From Oopsacas minuta (Eukaryota > Animalia > Porifera), in contig JAKMXF010000365.1 of the NCBI GenBank assembly GCA_024704765.1, positions 930,001 to 994,000 on the forward strand: DNA of 64,000 bases. Reading direction: 5' to 3'. Positions 49,135 to 59,786 of this stretch are shown here, one piece after another; within the stretch, counting starts at the first letter, position 1; each line of letters starts with the position of its first letter. Under the pieces are notes generated by a model. That model was not told the DNA's origin and did not search any database. It saw only the letters and a program-made list of their open reading frames with translations. The position numbers were made by a program, and so were the translations under genes.

Positions 49135-50745
49135 ATGTCAGAGTACAATACTATTTGCAGACAAACAGATAGGATATTAATTATCGATGAAACTGTATCT
49201 TCTCTTGTGATAAGAGACATCTATAAATCTCTCCTTCAATTTCTAATACTTTCTGACAATGTTGATCCGTTATTAAGGACTCCTAGACTTGGCATATCTC
49301 AACTACAAATTACGGGTAGGGATATTAGTTCTTCAATTCTGCTTCCTTTCCAGCCTGTCAATAAATCTAGCATTTCTAAATTGAAAACTACAATGACTCA
49401 GCTAAATACAAACCTCCATAACTACAAAAGTAGTTCTCATCTTGAAAATAGAATCCGTTTGGAAGAAGGTATAACAGAGAGCATAACCAGTCAGTTACAT
49501 GCTATTATTGCAGCTCATCATGATGCTAGTATCGGATGTGAGTTTAATTTGATTATAATGACAGGTCGAGATAGAATTTGGATAGAAAATAATCTAAAAC
49601 TACATTCATCACTAGCTAAATTCAAGAATATCTTAGTTAAGAAGGTAGAAGCCGTCTGCTTATCTAGTCTAGAGAATTGTCTACAGGATACACGTATGAG
49701 TATGGATCAGTTAGTACAGAGTCAAAATCAAATATCTCTGTCTCCTGATAATTCTATATCACAGGTTAAGATGGACTCAGCTTATGGAGTCGAGGGAGTA
49801 ATGCGAACTTTCAGCATTATGGCAGATGACATAAGTTTACAACAATACTTCAAGAACTGGTTGACAGTTGAGAACAGTGACAGTGTGGATGTTACTCTTC
49901 GCATTGGACAAATGACACTTAAATGTGATATTCGAGATTGTATGCTACGTACTGATTGGTTGCCTTTTCAGTCACCATTTAGCGTAACAGCACTACACCA
50001 TACAAATCAAACAAATATATCGAATATGAAACACTACAATACACAGCCAATACAAATTGGTGCATCGCTAGAATTAGATAGCGTATGTGTATTGGAAGAG
50101 AACGGCATCTGTGAGTCAGTACTATTTGGAATACCTAGGGTGCTGAGACCAACTTCCTATTGGAAGCTAGATTGGGAGGATTTGGAGGATAATCAAGAGC
50201 GATTCCATGCAATAGCACAAAATTTATCTGAGAGAAAGCAATACATTCTAGTTAAACAGAGCTGTAGCATTGACTCTAAGGGACGGCGCTTACCAATTGC
50301 TCATTATTTAGTGCTCCCGTGTAATCAGAGCAATGGAAGATTGTTGATTAAACCAGTGATTACGAGGGAATTGCTAATGGAGAATGAATTTGAAACAGCT
50401 ATAAGACAGATTGTAAGCAAGAGTCTAATGGAAGAGTCTAATAATGCACTTGATTCACTGTCACATTTTAAGGAATATAATCCATTGAATTATGAGAGCA
50501 AGCTATGTGCCTGTTTGGAACAGATGTATGAGACTAGTAGGAATAATAGCAATATCCCAAGATCTACTGTTAGTGTTAGAAATGAGAGAGGATTAGTGGG
50601 AAGTGCACCTTATCGGAAAGGGGTATCTAGAGGGAGGAAGAGAATGGCTTTCATGGATCCAAAAGAGAGTGATGAAATGAATAAACATTCTTTGCAGCAC
50701 AGGAATAGATACCCTTATGTGATAAGCGATGATAATGATCCTTGA
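49135..50745 (+). CDS. M1AP: Meiosis 1 arrest protein (M1AP) ortholog, 536 aa from first ATG, intronless
   Basis: FKNWL..LKCDIRDCML, GICESVLFGIPRVLRPTSYWKLDWEDLEDNQERFHAI, LLIKPVITRELL, YNPL match conserved M1AP blocks. Confidence 0.87.
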   Translation: MSEYNTICRQTDRILIIDETVSSLVIRDIYKSLLQFLILSDNVDPLLRTPRLGISQLQITGRDISSSILLPFQPVNKSSISKLKTTMTQLNTNLHNYKSSSHLENRIRLEEGITESITSQLHAIIAAHHDASIGCEFNLIIMTGRDRIWIENNLKLHSSLAKFKNILVKKVEAVCLSSLENCLQDTRMSMDQLVQSQNQISLSPDNSISQVKMDSAYGVEGVMRTFSIMADDISLQQYFKNWLTVENSDSVDVTLRIGQMTLKCDIRDCMLRTDWLPFQSPFSVTALHHTNQTNISNMKHYNTQPIQIGASLELDSVCVLEENGICESVLFGIPRVLRPTSYWKLDWEDLEDNQERFHAIAQNLSERKQYILVKQSCSIDSKGRRLPIAHYLVLPCNQSNGRLLIKPVITRELLMENEFETAIRQIVSKSLMEESNNALDSLSHFKEYNPLNYESKLCACLEQMYETSRNNSNIPRSTVSVRNERGLVGSAPYRKGVSRGRKRMAFMDPKESDEMNKHSLQHRNRYPYVISDDNDP

Positions 50746-51960
50746 ATAATACAATCATTACAATTAATTTTAATAGCATAATACGTACATACATAAGTAG
50801 TAGTAACTGTTTGTAATATTGTGTGGTGATAATTCAGAAATTATATATGGGATGACATATATTCTTCCAACTCATTGGTCGTAACTGTATTACATAAAGT
50901 TGTATAATCTTATCCTTGGTAAAGGGTGATTTTATACTAAAAATATAAGGCTTTCAGGGACGATTATCCGTTGCTATAATTATTACGGGCGTGGACTGAA
51001 ATAGGTTCCTTTGGCCAATAATTCATCTGATTGTATACATGTGGATGCATTGTACGTATCCAATTGTTACACATATTCCAACAATCCAACAGCAGAGACG
51101 TCACCAGGAATTTCACCTAGGGGGGCAAAGAATTTACCAGGGGGGTATTTTCACGGGTTTAGTAAGAGGCATGCCCATTGACGGATCAATAAATTTCTAG
51201 TTGCAGCTGGGCAGTGGTGTCGTGTGGCTGGCTTTGGAATCTGAGGATATTCAATTTGGTTGGCAATAAGTTCTAGATGAGGGTCTATGGGCGCTGTAAA
51301 CAATCAGTAAGGTCCAGTAGCGAAACTCATTGCAAGAAATAATGTTTGGTTTGCAATTGGCACAGAAAGTTAGCATTTTTCTGGTCCCTTGGAGTAATGA
51401 TGTGGGAGCTTGGAGAATATTTAGGGAATAGACATTTGGTTTGGAAAATTTCCGATTGACTTTGTGAATATGAATAAGGTGGACACATTTGCTCAGGGTA
51501 GTACTCGAATACATACTTAGATCCGTTGTCGATATAAGATGTATCCCTGATATTTCTGTGAGATTACATAATATTGAGGGTCAGATGCGAGCGAAGCAAG
51601 CCGAAATTGGCAGTTTGTAATTATGCAAGGTTAAACTTATGACTAATCAGAGAATCAAATGCATAATTCAATCGAAATTAGCTTTGGATAGTTTTCCATG
51701 TAATTTGAAAAACTGATTTATTCAAACTTACCGCAGTCCCAATACTATTAACAATTATGTTACGCAATACCGTGTAATTCATTTAAATTAGAATTGTTAG
51801 TACTCATTCGAGCAAATATTTCATTTATTTGAGAAAGGGTTAAGATAATATTTCGTAACTTGTAATCGTAATTGTAATGATCATATGACATTACCAATTG
51901 CATATAAACTCCCAATCATTTTGAATTATATTCGAATTGTTAATTTGCATATTAAAACCT

Positions 51961-54579
51961 ATGCATTACTACACTCATGTATTATTGGTAATTGTGCTTG
52001 TTAGCCTTCACTGCCTATGTATTCAAGGAGATAGTAACAATACTCTCCAGACAATAAATATTGCTGGTCTGTATTCATCAAGTAACACTTGTTTGAATTC
52101 AGAGGCTATTAGAATTGTAGCTGATTTCGCAATTGAGATAATAAATAATGATTCTAATATCCTACGCGACTATGTTCTAAGTATTAATTGGAAAGATTCA
52201 GAATGCAGTAGGAGAAAAGCAACAAATAAATTCATTGAATTTATTGAACAAAAAGATGTAATTTATCATATGGCATTCGGACCTTTTTGTTCATCAGCTG
52301 TTGAGCCTTTGGGCCTAATTTCTCCAACATATAGTCTGAATATTTTTTCCCCAACAGCTTCATCTCCCTCATTCACTAACCAACGAGTTTATCCTACCGT
52401 TATGTTAGGAGTACCTACATCCAAAAACTTGGTTGTTCTATATTTGAATCTAATTGAAAAGTATGAATGGCGTCGAATTGGAATAATCAAAGAAGATAAT
52501 CATTTATTCAATAATGTCTTTCTAATGTTGAGTGATAAACTGAAAAGGGAGAAAATTGATTTTGATTTTGAGATAATATATAACTCTTCAGATTTTGTTG
52601 AAATCGATGCAAAACTGGAACGATTGTTCAAGATTTGGAAATATAAGATAATGATTGGTGATTTCTATCAAGATAGTGCACTAAATATTGCCTGTAGAGC
52701 TTACAAACAAAATTTCTATTATCCACATGTCACTTGGATACTACCATCACGATTCACAGAGTCTTGGTTGAAGAAACTTGATGATTCTCCCTGTGATTAT
52801 ACAGGAGAAGATACGCATAATTATTGCTGTACTGTCGACGAGATCAACACATTTCTTCAAGGAGCTATCGGCGTTGACATAGTAGTTAGACTGAAAAATC
52901 ATAGTATAGCAACTAATGATACAATTAGTTTCTTCAAGCCTTATGAAAAAACTGTATTCGGGATTAGTAGAGAATTACTATGGAATAAAGTGATCTCAAG
53001 GATCTACGAAACAACTGAACATATAAACCCAAATATTGAGAAATATACACTCTATGCTTTCGATTCGATGGTAACACTAGCATACTTATTCGATATAGCT
53101 CTGAAGAAAGATAAAATGATTCTTTCAGATTTTAATTACCATCAACGCAATGTAACTAGAAATAATCAAATATCTAGAACATTGGCTAATGGAATAGATA
53201 ATATTGTATTTTCAGGATTAAGTGGGATTGTTTCATACGAAAACAGAGTTCGTAAAATGTCTCCAGGAGAAATTGTTGAATTTGTTAATGGAATCCAAGA
53301 ATTGAGGGGAATAATTCCTTCAATTAGTTTAGGTGATTTGATGAATATTACTGAGGATTCCGATATTATAATAATACAAGAATTTACATACTTTGGGATA
53401 GGTGAGAGTGGATTTGATGGTGCAGAGCTACACATATTACCTATCGCATTAACGGCAATAGCAAGTATATTCTCTATTTTTGCCTGCTCATACACAACAT
53501 TCTTCTTCTTTATAATAGTTATATTTCGTAATAAGAAGATTATAACTTTGAGCAGTCCAGTCCTGAACATTGCCATTCTTGTTGGTAGCTTTCTGAACTG
53601 TTTAGTTGCAATACTTGTTTTGTTTGATAATCGAGTGTTTGACCGAGAACCTGAAGATGATGACGTTACAACATGCACTATATGTACAATCTATTGTCAC
53701 ATAGCGTGGTGGATCCCAGCTTTAGCCACAGACCTGATATTCGGAATATTAGTAGGCAAATCTTATGTTGCTCACAGACTAGGAAAAGATTCGTCATATA
53801 AGCTGAGCAGATATAGTGTTTCATATATACTGCTATTTGTATTCGCATTGATGCTATTAGACACTGTTTTGGTAATAATATGGGGATTTGTTCCAAGCAT
53901 TAAATTCGAATACATAGCCTATGGACCACTTGAAACTTTTCATTGGGATGTTACAAAAGCTGGTTCAACCTATTGGTATTTATTTTTCTGTCAAGAAGGA
54001 GGAAGAAGAAACAATTCAATAGGAATAACAATTAGGTTTATATACATATTTATCAGATGGATTATCTATGGAGTCGGTTTGTACTATGCCTCACAGATCT
54101 CAAGGTTATATATTAGTGGAGTTCATGAATTTCGAACAATCAGCCGTTCCATTGTTACAACAGTAATCTTCAACCTTTTCCGTGTTATTCTCCTAACATC
54201 AATTCTGAATGTCAGATTGTCTGATGCTGCAACAACATTTTTGTCATTTAGTTATTCGCTCGATACTTGTATAATTATGAGTCATATTTTCGTTCCTAAA
54301 CTATATTACATCATAAAAGATCCTAATGAAGAGATTGATTATGCAGGAGTACACAATACAGCAAATCTGGATCCTGATTCATTTCCTCAAATCGGAATTC
54401 ATAAAGAAAAAGAGAAACTTTCAAAACTAAGGAGAGAGCACAACATTTTAGAGAGGGAGATTCAAGAATTTAAGCACATTCATCTCCAAGAAATCCAAAA
54501 GTATCACAAGTCAACAACTACAACTGAATTAGATGAAGTTACTGACTTGTATGAACAAGTGGTGTCAAGCAATAATTGA
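51961..54579 (+). CDS. GABA-B-receptor-like class C GPCR (signal peptide, Venus-flytrap, 7TM, C-terminal coiled coil), 872 aa, intronless
   Basis: Signal peptide; WKDSECS..GPFCSS..TASSP..YEWRRIGII; AFDS; FSGLSGIVSY; no cysteine-rich domain; TM region ITLSSPVLNIAILVGS..FGILVGKSY..FVPKLY; heptad tail EKLSKLRREHNILEREIQE. Confidence 0.9.
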   Translation: MHYYTHVLLVIVLVSLHCLCIQGDSNNTLQTINIAGLYSSSNTCLNSEAIRIVADFAIEIINNDSNILRDYVLSINWKDSECSRRKATNKFIEFIEQKDVIYHMAFGPFCSSAVEPLGLISPTYSLNIFSPTASSPSFTNQRVYPTVMLGVPTSKNLVVLYLNLIEKYEWRRIGIIKEDNHLFNNVFLMLSDKLKREKIDFDFEIIYNSSDFVEIDAKLERLFKIWKYKIMIGDFYQDSALNIACRAYKQNFYYPHVTWILPSRFTESWLKKLDDSPCDYTGEDTHNYCCTVDEINTFLQGAIGVDIVVRLKNHSIATNDTISFFKPYEKTVFGISRELLWNKVISRIYETTEHINPNIEKYTLYAFDSMVTLAYLFDIALKKDKMILSDFNYHQRNVTRNNQISRTLANGIDNIVFSGLSGIVSYENRVRKMSPGEIVEFVNGIQELRGIIPSISLGDLMNITEDSDIIIIQEFTYFGIGESGFDGAELHILPIALTAIASIFSIFACSYTTFFFFIIVIFRNKKIITLSSPVLNIAILVGSFLNCLVAILVLFDNRVFDREPEDDDVTTCTICTIYCHIAWWIPALATDLIFGILVGKSYVAHRLGKDSSYKLSRYSVSYILLFVFALMLLDTVLVIIWGFVPSIKFEYIAYGPLETFHWDVTKAGSTYWYLFFCQEGGRRNNSIGITIRFIYIFIRWIIYGVGLYYASQISRLYISGVHEFRTISRSIVTTVIFNLFRVILLTSILNVRLSDAATTFLSFSYSLDTCIIMSHIFVPKLYYIIKDPNEEIDYAGVHNTANLDPDSFPQIGIHKEKEKLSKLRREHNILEREIQEFKHIHLQEIQKYHKSTTTTELDEVTDLYEQVVSSNN

Positions 54580-55629
54580 AAAATGGTTTATACAAAAATG
54601 AGATAAAAGCATTCCCAAACCGAAACTAATGATATACAATCTGCTAATCTGGGCTTTCAATATATTTCATAACCATACGGCTAATAATAATTACTCTACT
54701 CAATTAATTAATATATTCTACAATTACTTATACGTATATTTATTTAATTAAATAAGTAATCTTAGTTCACTTTGAAATTTGTATGTATTATACAACACTT
54801 TATGGGAGAATACGTAGTTTATAGTAGGAATTCCTTTCCAGACGTTGAAGGGAAGATTGGATATAACAAGCTTAACCTGCTGTTCGTTTGACAACCCTTA
54901 TGTGTTCCCTATACCTCAGCAAGAAATTAAATGAAATTTACTTAAATTTTTGTATACTTTCAATCCATCACGTATCTAGTTAGCATGACATTCATATCTT
55001 CTCTCTTTCCCTCCTTTTATGGCAGTATTATAAAAAATCTTTCTATTTCTGTTCTAATGTTTGCAAGGGAGTGGCTGAAGAATCTACATTCCATGTGTGA
55101 AATGTAGATTCCTCAACTACTAGGCCAGTTATCTGAAATTCCTGCTATCCAGGGCTATCTGGAACAAATATATTTGCAATCCAAGTAAATCTACTTACTA
55201 TAATTCCCGTTATAGGCAACAGAATTTAATTTCCTCTGACAATGTTCGAGACACAGGTGGTAAACTGTATGCCAGTTGACCAAAGTGGACTAAGATGTCT
55301 ACATGTCAGCCAAATGCCAGGGGGAAAGACAAACCAAGATTTCATTGATCCTTAGCAGCTTAAAAAACTCACAAGTGATCATAAACACAACCTCTAGGGC
55401 AGTGGTAAAGGCTTCCAAATTATGCAATATATAAATAATTATGTAGAGCGCTTCGCTTGCTAGATAGCTGCGTGACCGGGGGAATCTCGGCACTTCGTAT
55501 TCCAGACTCCCAGGTTTCTTAAAGCGCTCTAGAAAGTGTGGGACAGATGTTCTTGGATGCGCTCCTCTCCTACATACTAAATAAATGTTGTGTTCCGAGG
55601 ACACAATTCCTAAGTGAAAAGAATTCATA

Positions 55630-55904
55630 CTCGAGGTGCAAATCTCCGACCTAAAATGTATATGTGTACCAATTTAATGTTAATCGGACTGCTAGATTTC
55701 GAATGGCAGCAAGGAAGTACGGACGTCGCACATCGTCCATGACATTAGCAGGGCTCTCAACACTCACGATTTCGTGTCTGCAAATACTGCAGAACCCATA
55801 GTATTTTCACAGAATACTAATACTAAATTGCACATCTCACGATATTGAAGGTTTCCAGGTTGAGAGCCCTGCATTTGGTATCTCCCTATAGGAGCTGCAC
55901 TAAA
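55630..55904 (-). mobile_element. Helentron/HINE-like 5' portion interrupted by a MITE
   Basis: Reverse complement reads TTTAGTGCAGCTCCTATAGGGAGAT..[insert]..CATGGACGATGTGCGACGTCCGTAC..AAATCTAGCAGTC..CATATACATTTT.GGTCGGAGATTTGCAC, matching 63851-64000. Confidence 0.7.
55749..55871. mobile_element. MITE inserted into HINE-like element
   Basis: Perfect 13-bp TIR CAGGGCTCTCAAC / GTTGAGAGCCCTG; flanks CATTAG / CATTTG. Confidence 0.8.
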
Positions 55905-56599
55905 TTTTCGGGGAACAATTTTACGGTAGAACAATATTCATTGTAATATCTGAACCTAGATAAACGCATATAATTATAAGATATATCTGGAATTGAGCTC
56001 GGGTCATATAATGACCAAGGATTGTATTGGGGGACCTGGAAACATAATATAGAGTGTATTCGTTCAAACGATAATTAACAGAATATTCACGAAATTAGCC
56101 AGAACCAGCGCCACTTTGGGTGTCCTGACAGACACCAACTGCCACGAAAGACTTTTGCATTACCCTCTATGACAAGTGTTCATAGACAGTTAGACACCCA
56201 CTGTCTATTATCGTGGACACCCGCAAGCTCTACTAGGCGCCACAGCCATGTAGATTGTAGACCCATTTCTTGTATCTCCCTTTGACGATGTTGTGCTACG
56301 TAAGGTGAAACTAGAAGTGCGAAGTGCCAGCACGTACACATGGTGCCTCCAAATACTAGTGCCACTTTAAACGAATGTGATTATAAACTAAACTGCTGGA
56401 ACAGATTGTGATTTTAGATATTTCCCCGTGACGGTTCGAATTAAAGGCTGTCAACTTTATGCCATTACATGCATATATAGCCTAGGGAGTACCTGATACT
56501 CGCTGGCAGCAAAAATGATAATACCAAAAAATAATTATTCAAAATTCATTGAAAGATGTTGACTAATAAAGATACGATGAATAATAAGATTCTCTTAAT

Positions 56600-58799
56600 T
56601 TAAGATCTCCGTTTGTAGAAAAGTAAACAAGCTGAATTAGATAAAACAGCTTGTTTATATAGATAACGCATAACAGAAGAATCATCAAGACAATACCAAT
56701 TTCCATCAGTGTGCTTAACTGAGGCTGAGTAATGACCTCCCTCTTTGCTGCCGTAATGGTTACAAACAGCGTAGAGATAGTATTGAGTAGATGAGGAACT
56801 TTTCGTGTAACTAAACTCATTCATGTCTAATTCGAATAGGTATCTAACATCTGTACAATTTCTTTCTTTATCTTCGAATCTATTGAGATGGATTATGAGA
56901 CAATCAGGCAGTATCCATAGTTCTTTCCTTACAGAGACTTCCTTCTGATTGCAATTCGTGCAATCGATCAACTGAGTAGCTATGCTTCTATTGGATAAAA
57001 AATTTCGGATACATTGCGTTAGATCAATCATAGATCTTAGAGAAACTCTTGAGCTAATATCTCTAAGCGTTCTTTCATTATATAAACTTTTGTATTTGGA
57101 GTTCCATTCTAAAGCTATAATAGATCTATTGTAAAGTTTAAGGATTTTTCCATCATTCCTCAACTCTCCCACCTCAGCACTACCGTATGCATTAACTAGC
57201 TTAATCTTAAACATATCAGATGGATATTCTGATACATCGAATGCCTCAGGAACATGGTCTATCTTCACTAAATCATATGGGAGGAAGTTTTGAGGTGAAT
57301 TGCCATCAGTATCCATATCAATATACCTCTGCATGAAGTATATACAAATTCTGTATAGATCAGAGTATGTTGTAGAGTCTCTCGATATAGGGATAATTAA
57401 CGGCATCCCAAACAGATAATGATGAACATAAGAATGAGTACCTATACTTGTATATTGTGTACGACGTAATTCCCTATTATAAACAGGAAGACACATTAAA
57501 TTAGTGTCATTAATACTATTGATTGGAGTTTCATAAATGAATATATCATCTCTTTCGGTAATACCATTCACATGTTCATTATGTTCAAATATTTTATGAA
57601 AACGATGGCTGTACACATCACACACAACTAAGTTATCCGACCAACTTCACTAATAAATGATATTGCTAGACACAGATCAGAAATTAGTGCCTTCTTCTTC
57701 ACTCGAACTTCAGTAACTATTGGCTTTGCAAAAGGATTAATCAAAATTAAAGTAAATTTAATGTTTCTGGTATCATCTCCTTTAGGTATTTCTAGATAAA
57801 GAGGAATTGATAGAGAAGTAAATATATTAAATGAGAAGGTTTCACTTCCACAACTTTGACAAGTTTCAATGGATTTGTATTGTCCATGAATTGTATCCGA
57901 GATTATCGACTGATTACATAAAGAGTGGAGGTCCCATGCCAATTGGGATACTTTGGTGTCATTGCTACTAGACTGGTGCATGTCTATGTCTAATGCAACA
58001 ACTGTGTTCATCTCTTTATGTAAACAAGTGACTAATGAAGTCAGGAAAGTATAGGCATCACTAGATGGAGACAGGAAAGCGAACTGATTGAGGATATCTC
58101 TGTTAATGTCAAAGCAAGTGCGAGCACCTGAACAAATGTGATCAAATATGGATTGGAATAATTCAACATGTTTTCTAGTAGAGCTTTCAGTGTGTAATTG
58201 TTTCATGAAATATTCTGAAATCAATGGTGTGTGTATTAAACACTGTAAAATAGAATTAATGTAACTATAGTTGCCAACATTAAGAATACCACATAAACCA
58301 GGAATTGGGGTTTGCATTATTTCATATGAACTAAATTTTGAATTGACAACCTCTGATACAACTCCACTAGCCTCAGATTCCTGCTGTGTATTATTTTCTT
58401 TACACATATTTCCATAGAATATAACGAAGTCTCCAACTTCTCTAATTGCTATTTCAATAGATTCAGGAGAATACTCAAACTTAACTTGTTGACTACTTGC
58501 CTCTAACTCTTGAATTTGATCTTGAATTGGTTTTAATGTTTCACTACTGGTAGTTAGCAAGTTGGTTTCCAAAATGGATGATAGGAATTTATCACAAGCT
58601 AACTTCATTCTTTCAATATTACAACGTTTCTCTTTCTCAAATTCAAAACAAGCCCTGTAAACTGTTGCTAATTTGTTTGATAGAACAGATTCTCTCTCAT
58701 TAAGTTTTAAGTGCAAATGTTGAAATGAAATTTTAAGTTTTGTAGTTGTTTATACTCTTCCTGGTCGGAGAATAATTCTGATTTAGGTTTACAAGCCAT
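56600..58799 (-). pseudogene. USP4/11/15-like ubiquitin-specific protease with coiled-coil N-terminus; catalytic Cys->Ser; two 1-nt frameshifts (pseudogene or pseudoenzyme)
   Basis: Cys box GLCGILNVGNYSYINSILQCL (Cys lost), SIISDTIHGQYKS..CQSCG..FNIFTSLSIPL, DVYSHRFHKIF..ITERDDIFIYE, LFGMPLII, His box LYAVCNHYG..GGHY..WYCLDDSSV. Adding 1 nt near 58740 and near 57641 yields one 733-aa frame from ATG 58799. Confidence 0.8.
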
Positions 58800-59786
58800 T
58801 TATGTAAACGTGATAACACGTATCTGAGCTATATTCTATGAATAACTTGTAAGGAAAAATTCACAATTCAGTCAGTCCTAATAGAGTACTTCACATGGAT
58901 TTCAGTAGTGGCGCAAGCCAATTTACTGGGGAGTCTAGGAACACATTCTTGACCACCGGGTGTTCAAGAAGTCTGAATAACAGTCCGAGCCAAAATAGAC
59001 ACTAATGCCAGCAAAATTCCAAAGAACTATCACATAAGTAGTGAAATGCACAAATATAACAATTAAAACGCTTATTCTTTCACTAAATCGATAAAAATCC
59101 TTCGAGGAATCGAATACCATTGAATGGTCGGTTTGTAGACGTTTTGGCCTACCCTACCTAAGCTAGCACGCAATAAATTCTATCTTTTCCCGAATACAAT
59201 ATTATTGATAATTTTATGGTTAATATGGTATCCTATTTTTGTTGCTATTATCATTACCTAAGCAATTTGTTACAATAGGATCATTTCATACATTCCTTAA
59301 AATTATGCTCTATTGATAAGCTATATAATTATCAAATAAACTCGAAATGAAAATTCTTCATCATTAATTAACTGTCCATTTTATACAAACGAGGAGATGG
59401 TCACCCTGATATTAAGGAAAAATAATATTGTTGTTTACTTGAGACAACATGAAAATATTCAACAATATTAATATCAAAATATTCAAAATTTATGAAAACT
59501 CCAAATTCTCAAATATGATATTAACCATTATTTTTAGATAATTGTCTTTGGAATACTCTAGGCTAATTAAAGCCCAGGAGTAATCCGAGGAAAGCCTGAA
59601 ATATTTATGAAGTTCGAAAAAAATTCAAATCGCTTAAACGTTTTGTTGTTTCAGTTCATTTTAGTACAACATGAAACACCATCAAACAAACACTTTTTAT
59701 TAAATCAAAGTAAAAACGTAAGAATTACAAAATAACAAATTTACAATTATTCCAAATATAATTTATTGATATCTCAGAGAGGATTA

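Noticed and set aside
56100-56365. Possible pogo/Tc1 DDE transposase C-terminal remnant (..VMQKSFVAVGV..)
   Set aside because: Similarity too weak and interrupted to call without a search.
56433-56441. GGTTCGAAT tRNA T-loop-like motif
   Set aside because: No acceptor, D or anticodon stems around it.
57628-57650. Programmed ribosomal frameshift or mini-intron joining the two USP ORFs
   Set aside because: No slippery heptamer or downstream structure seen; possible GT-AG gaps are under 20 nt and give the wrong phase.
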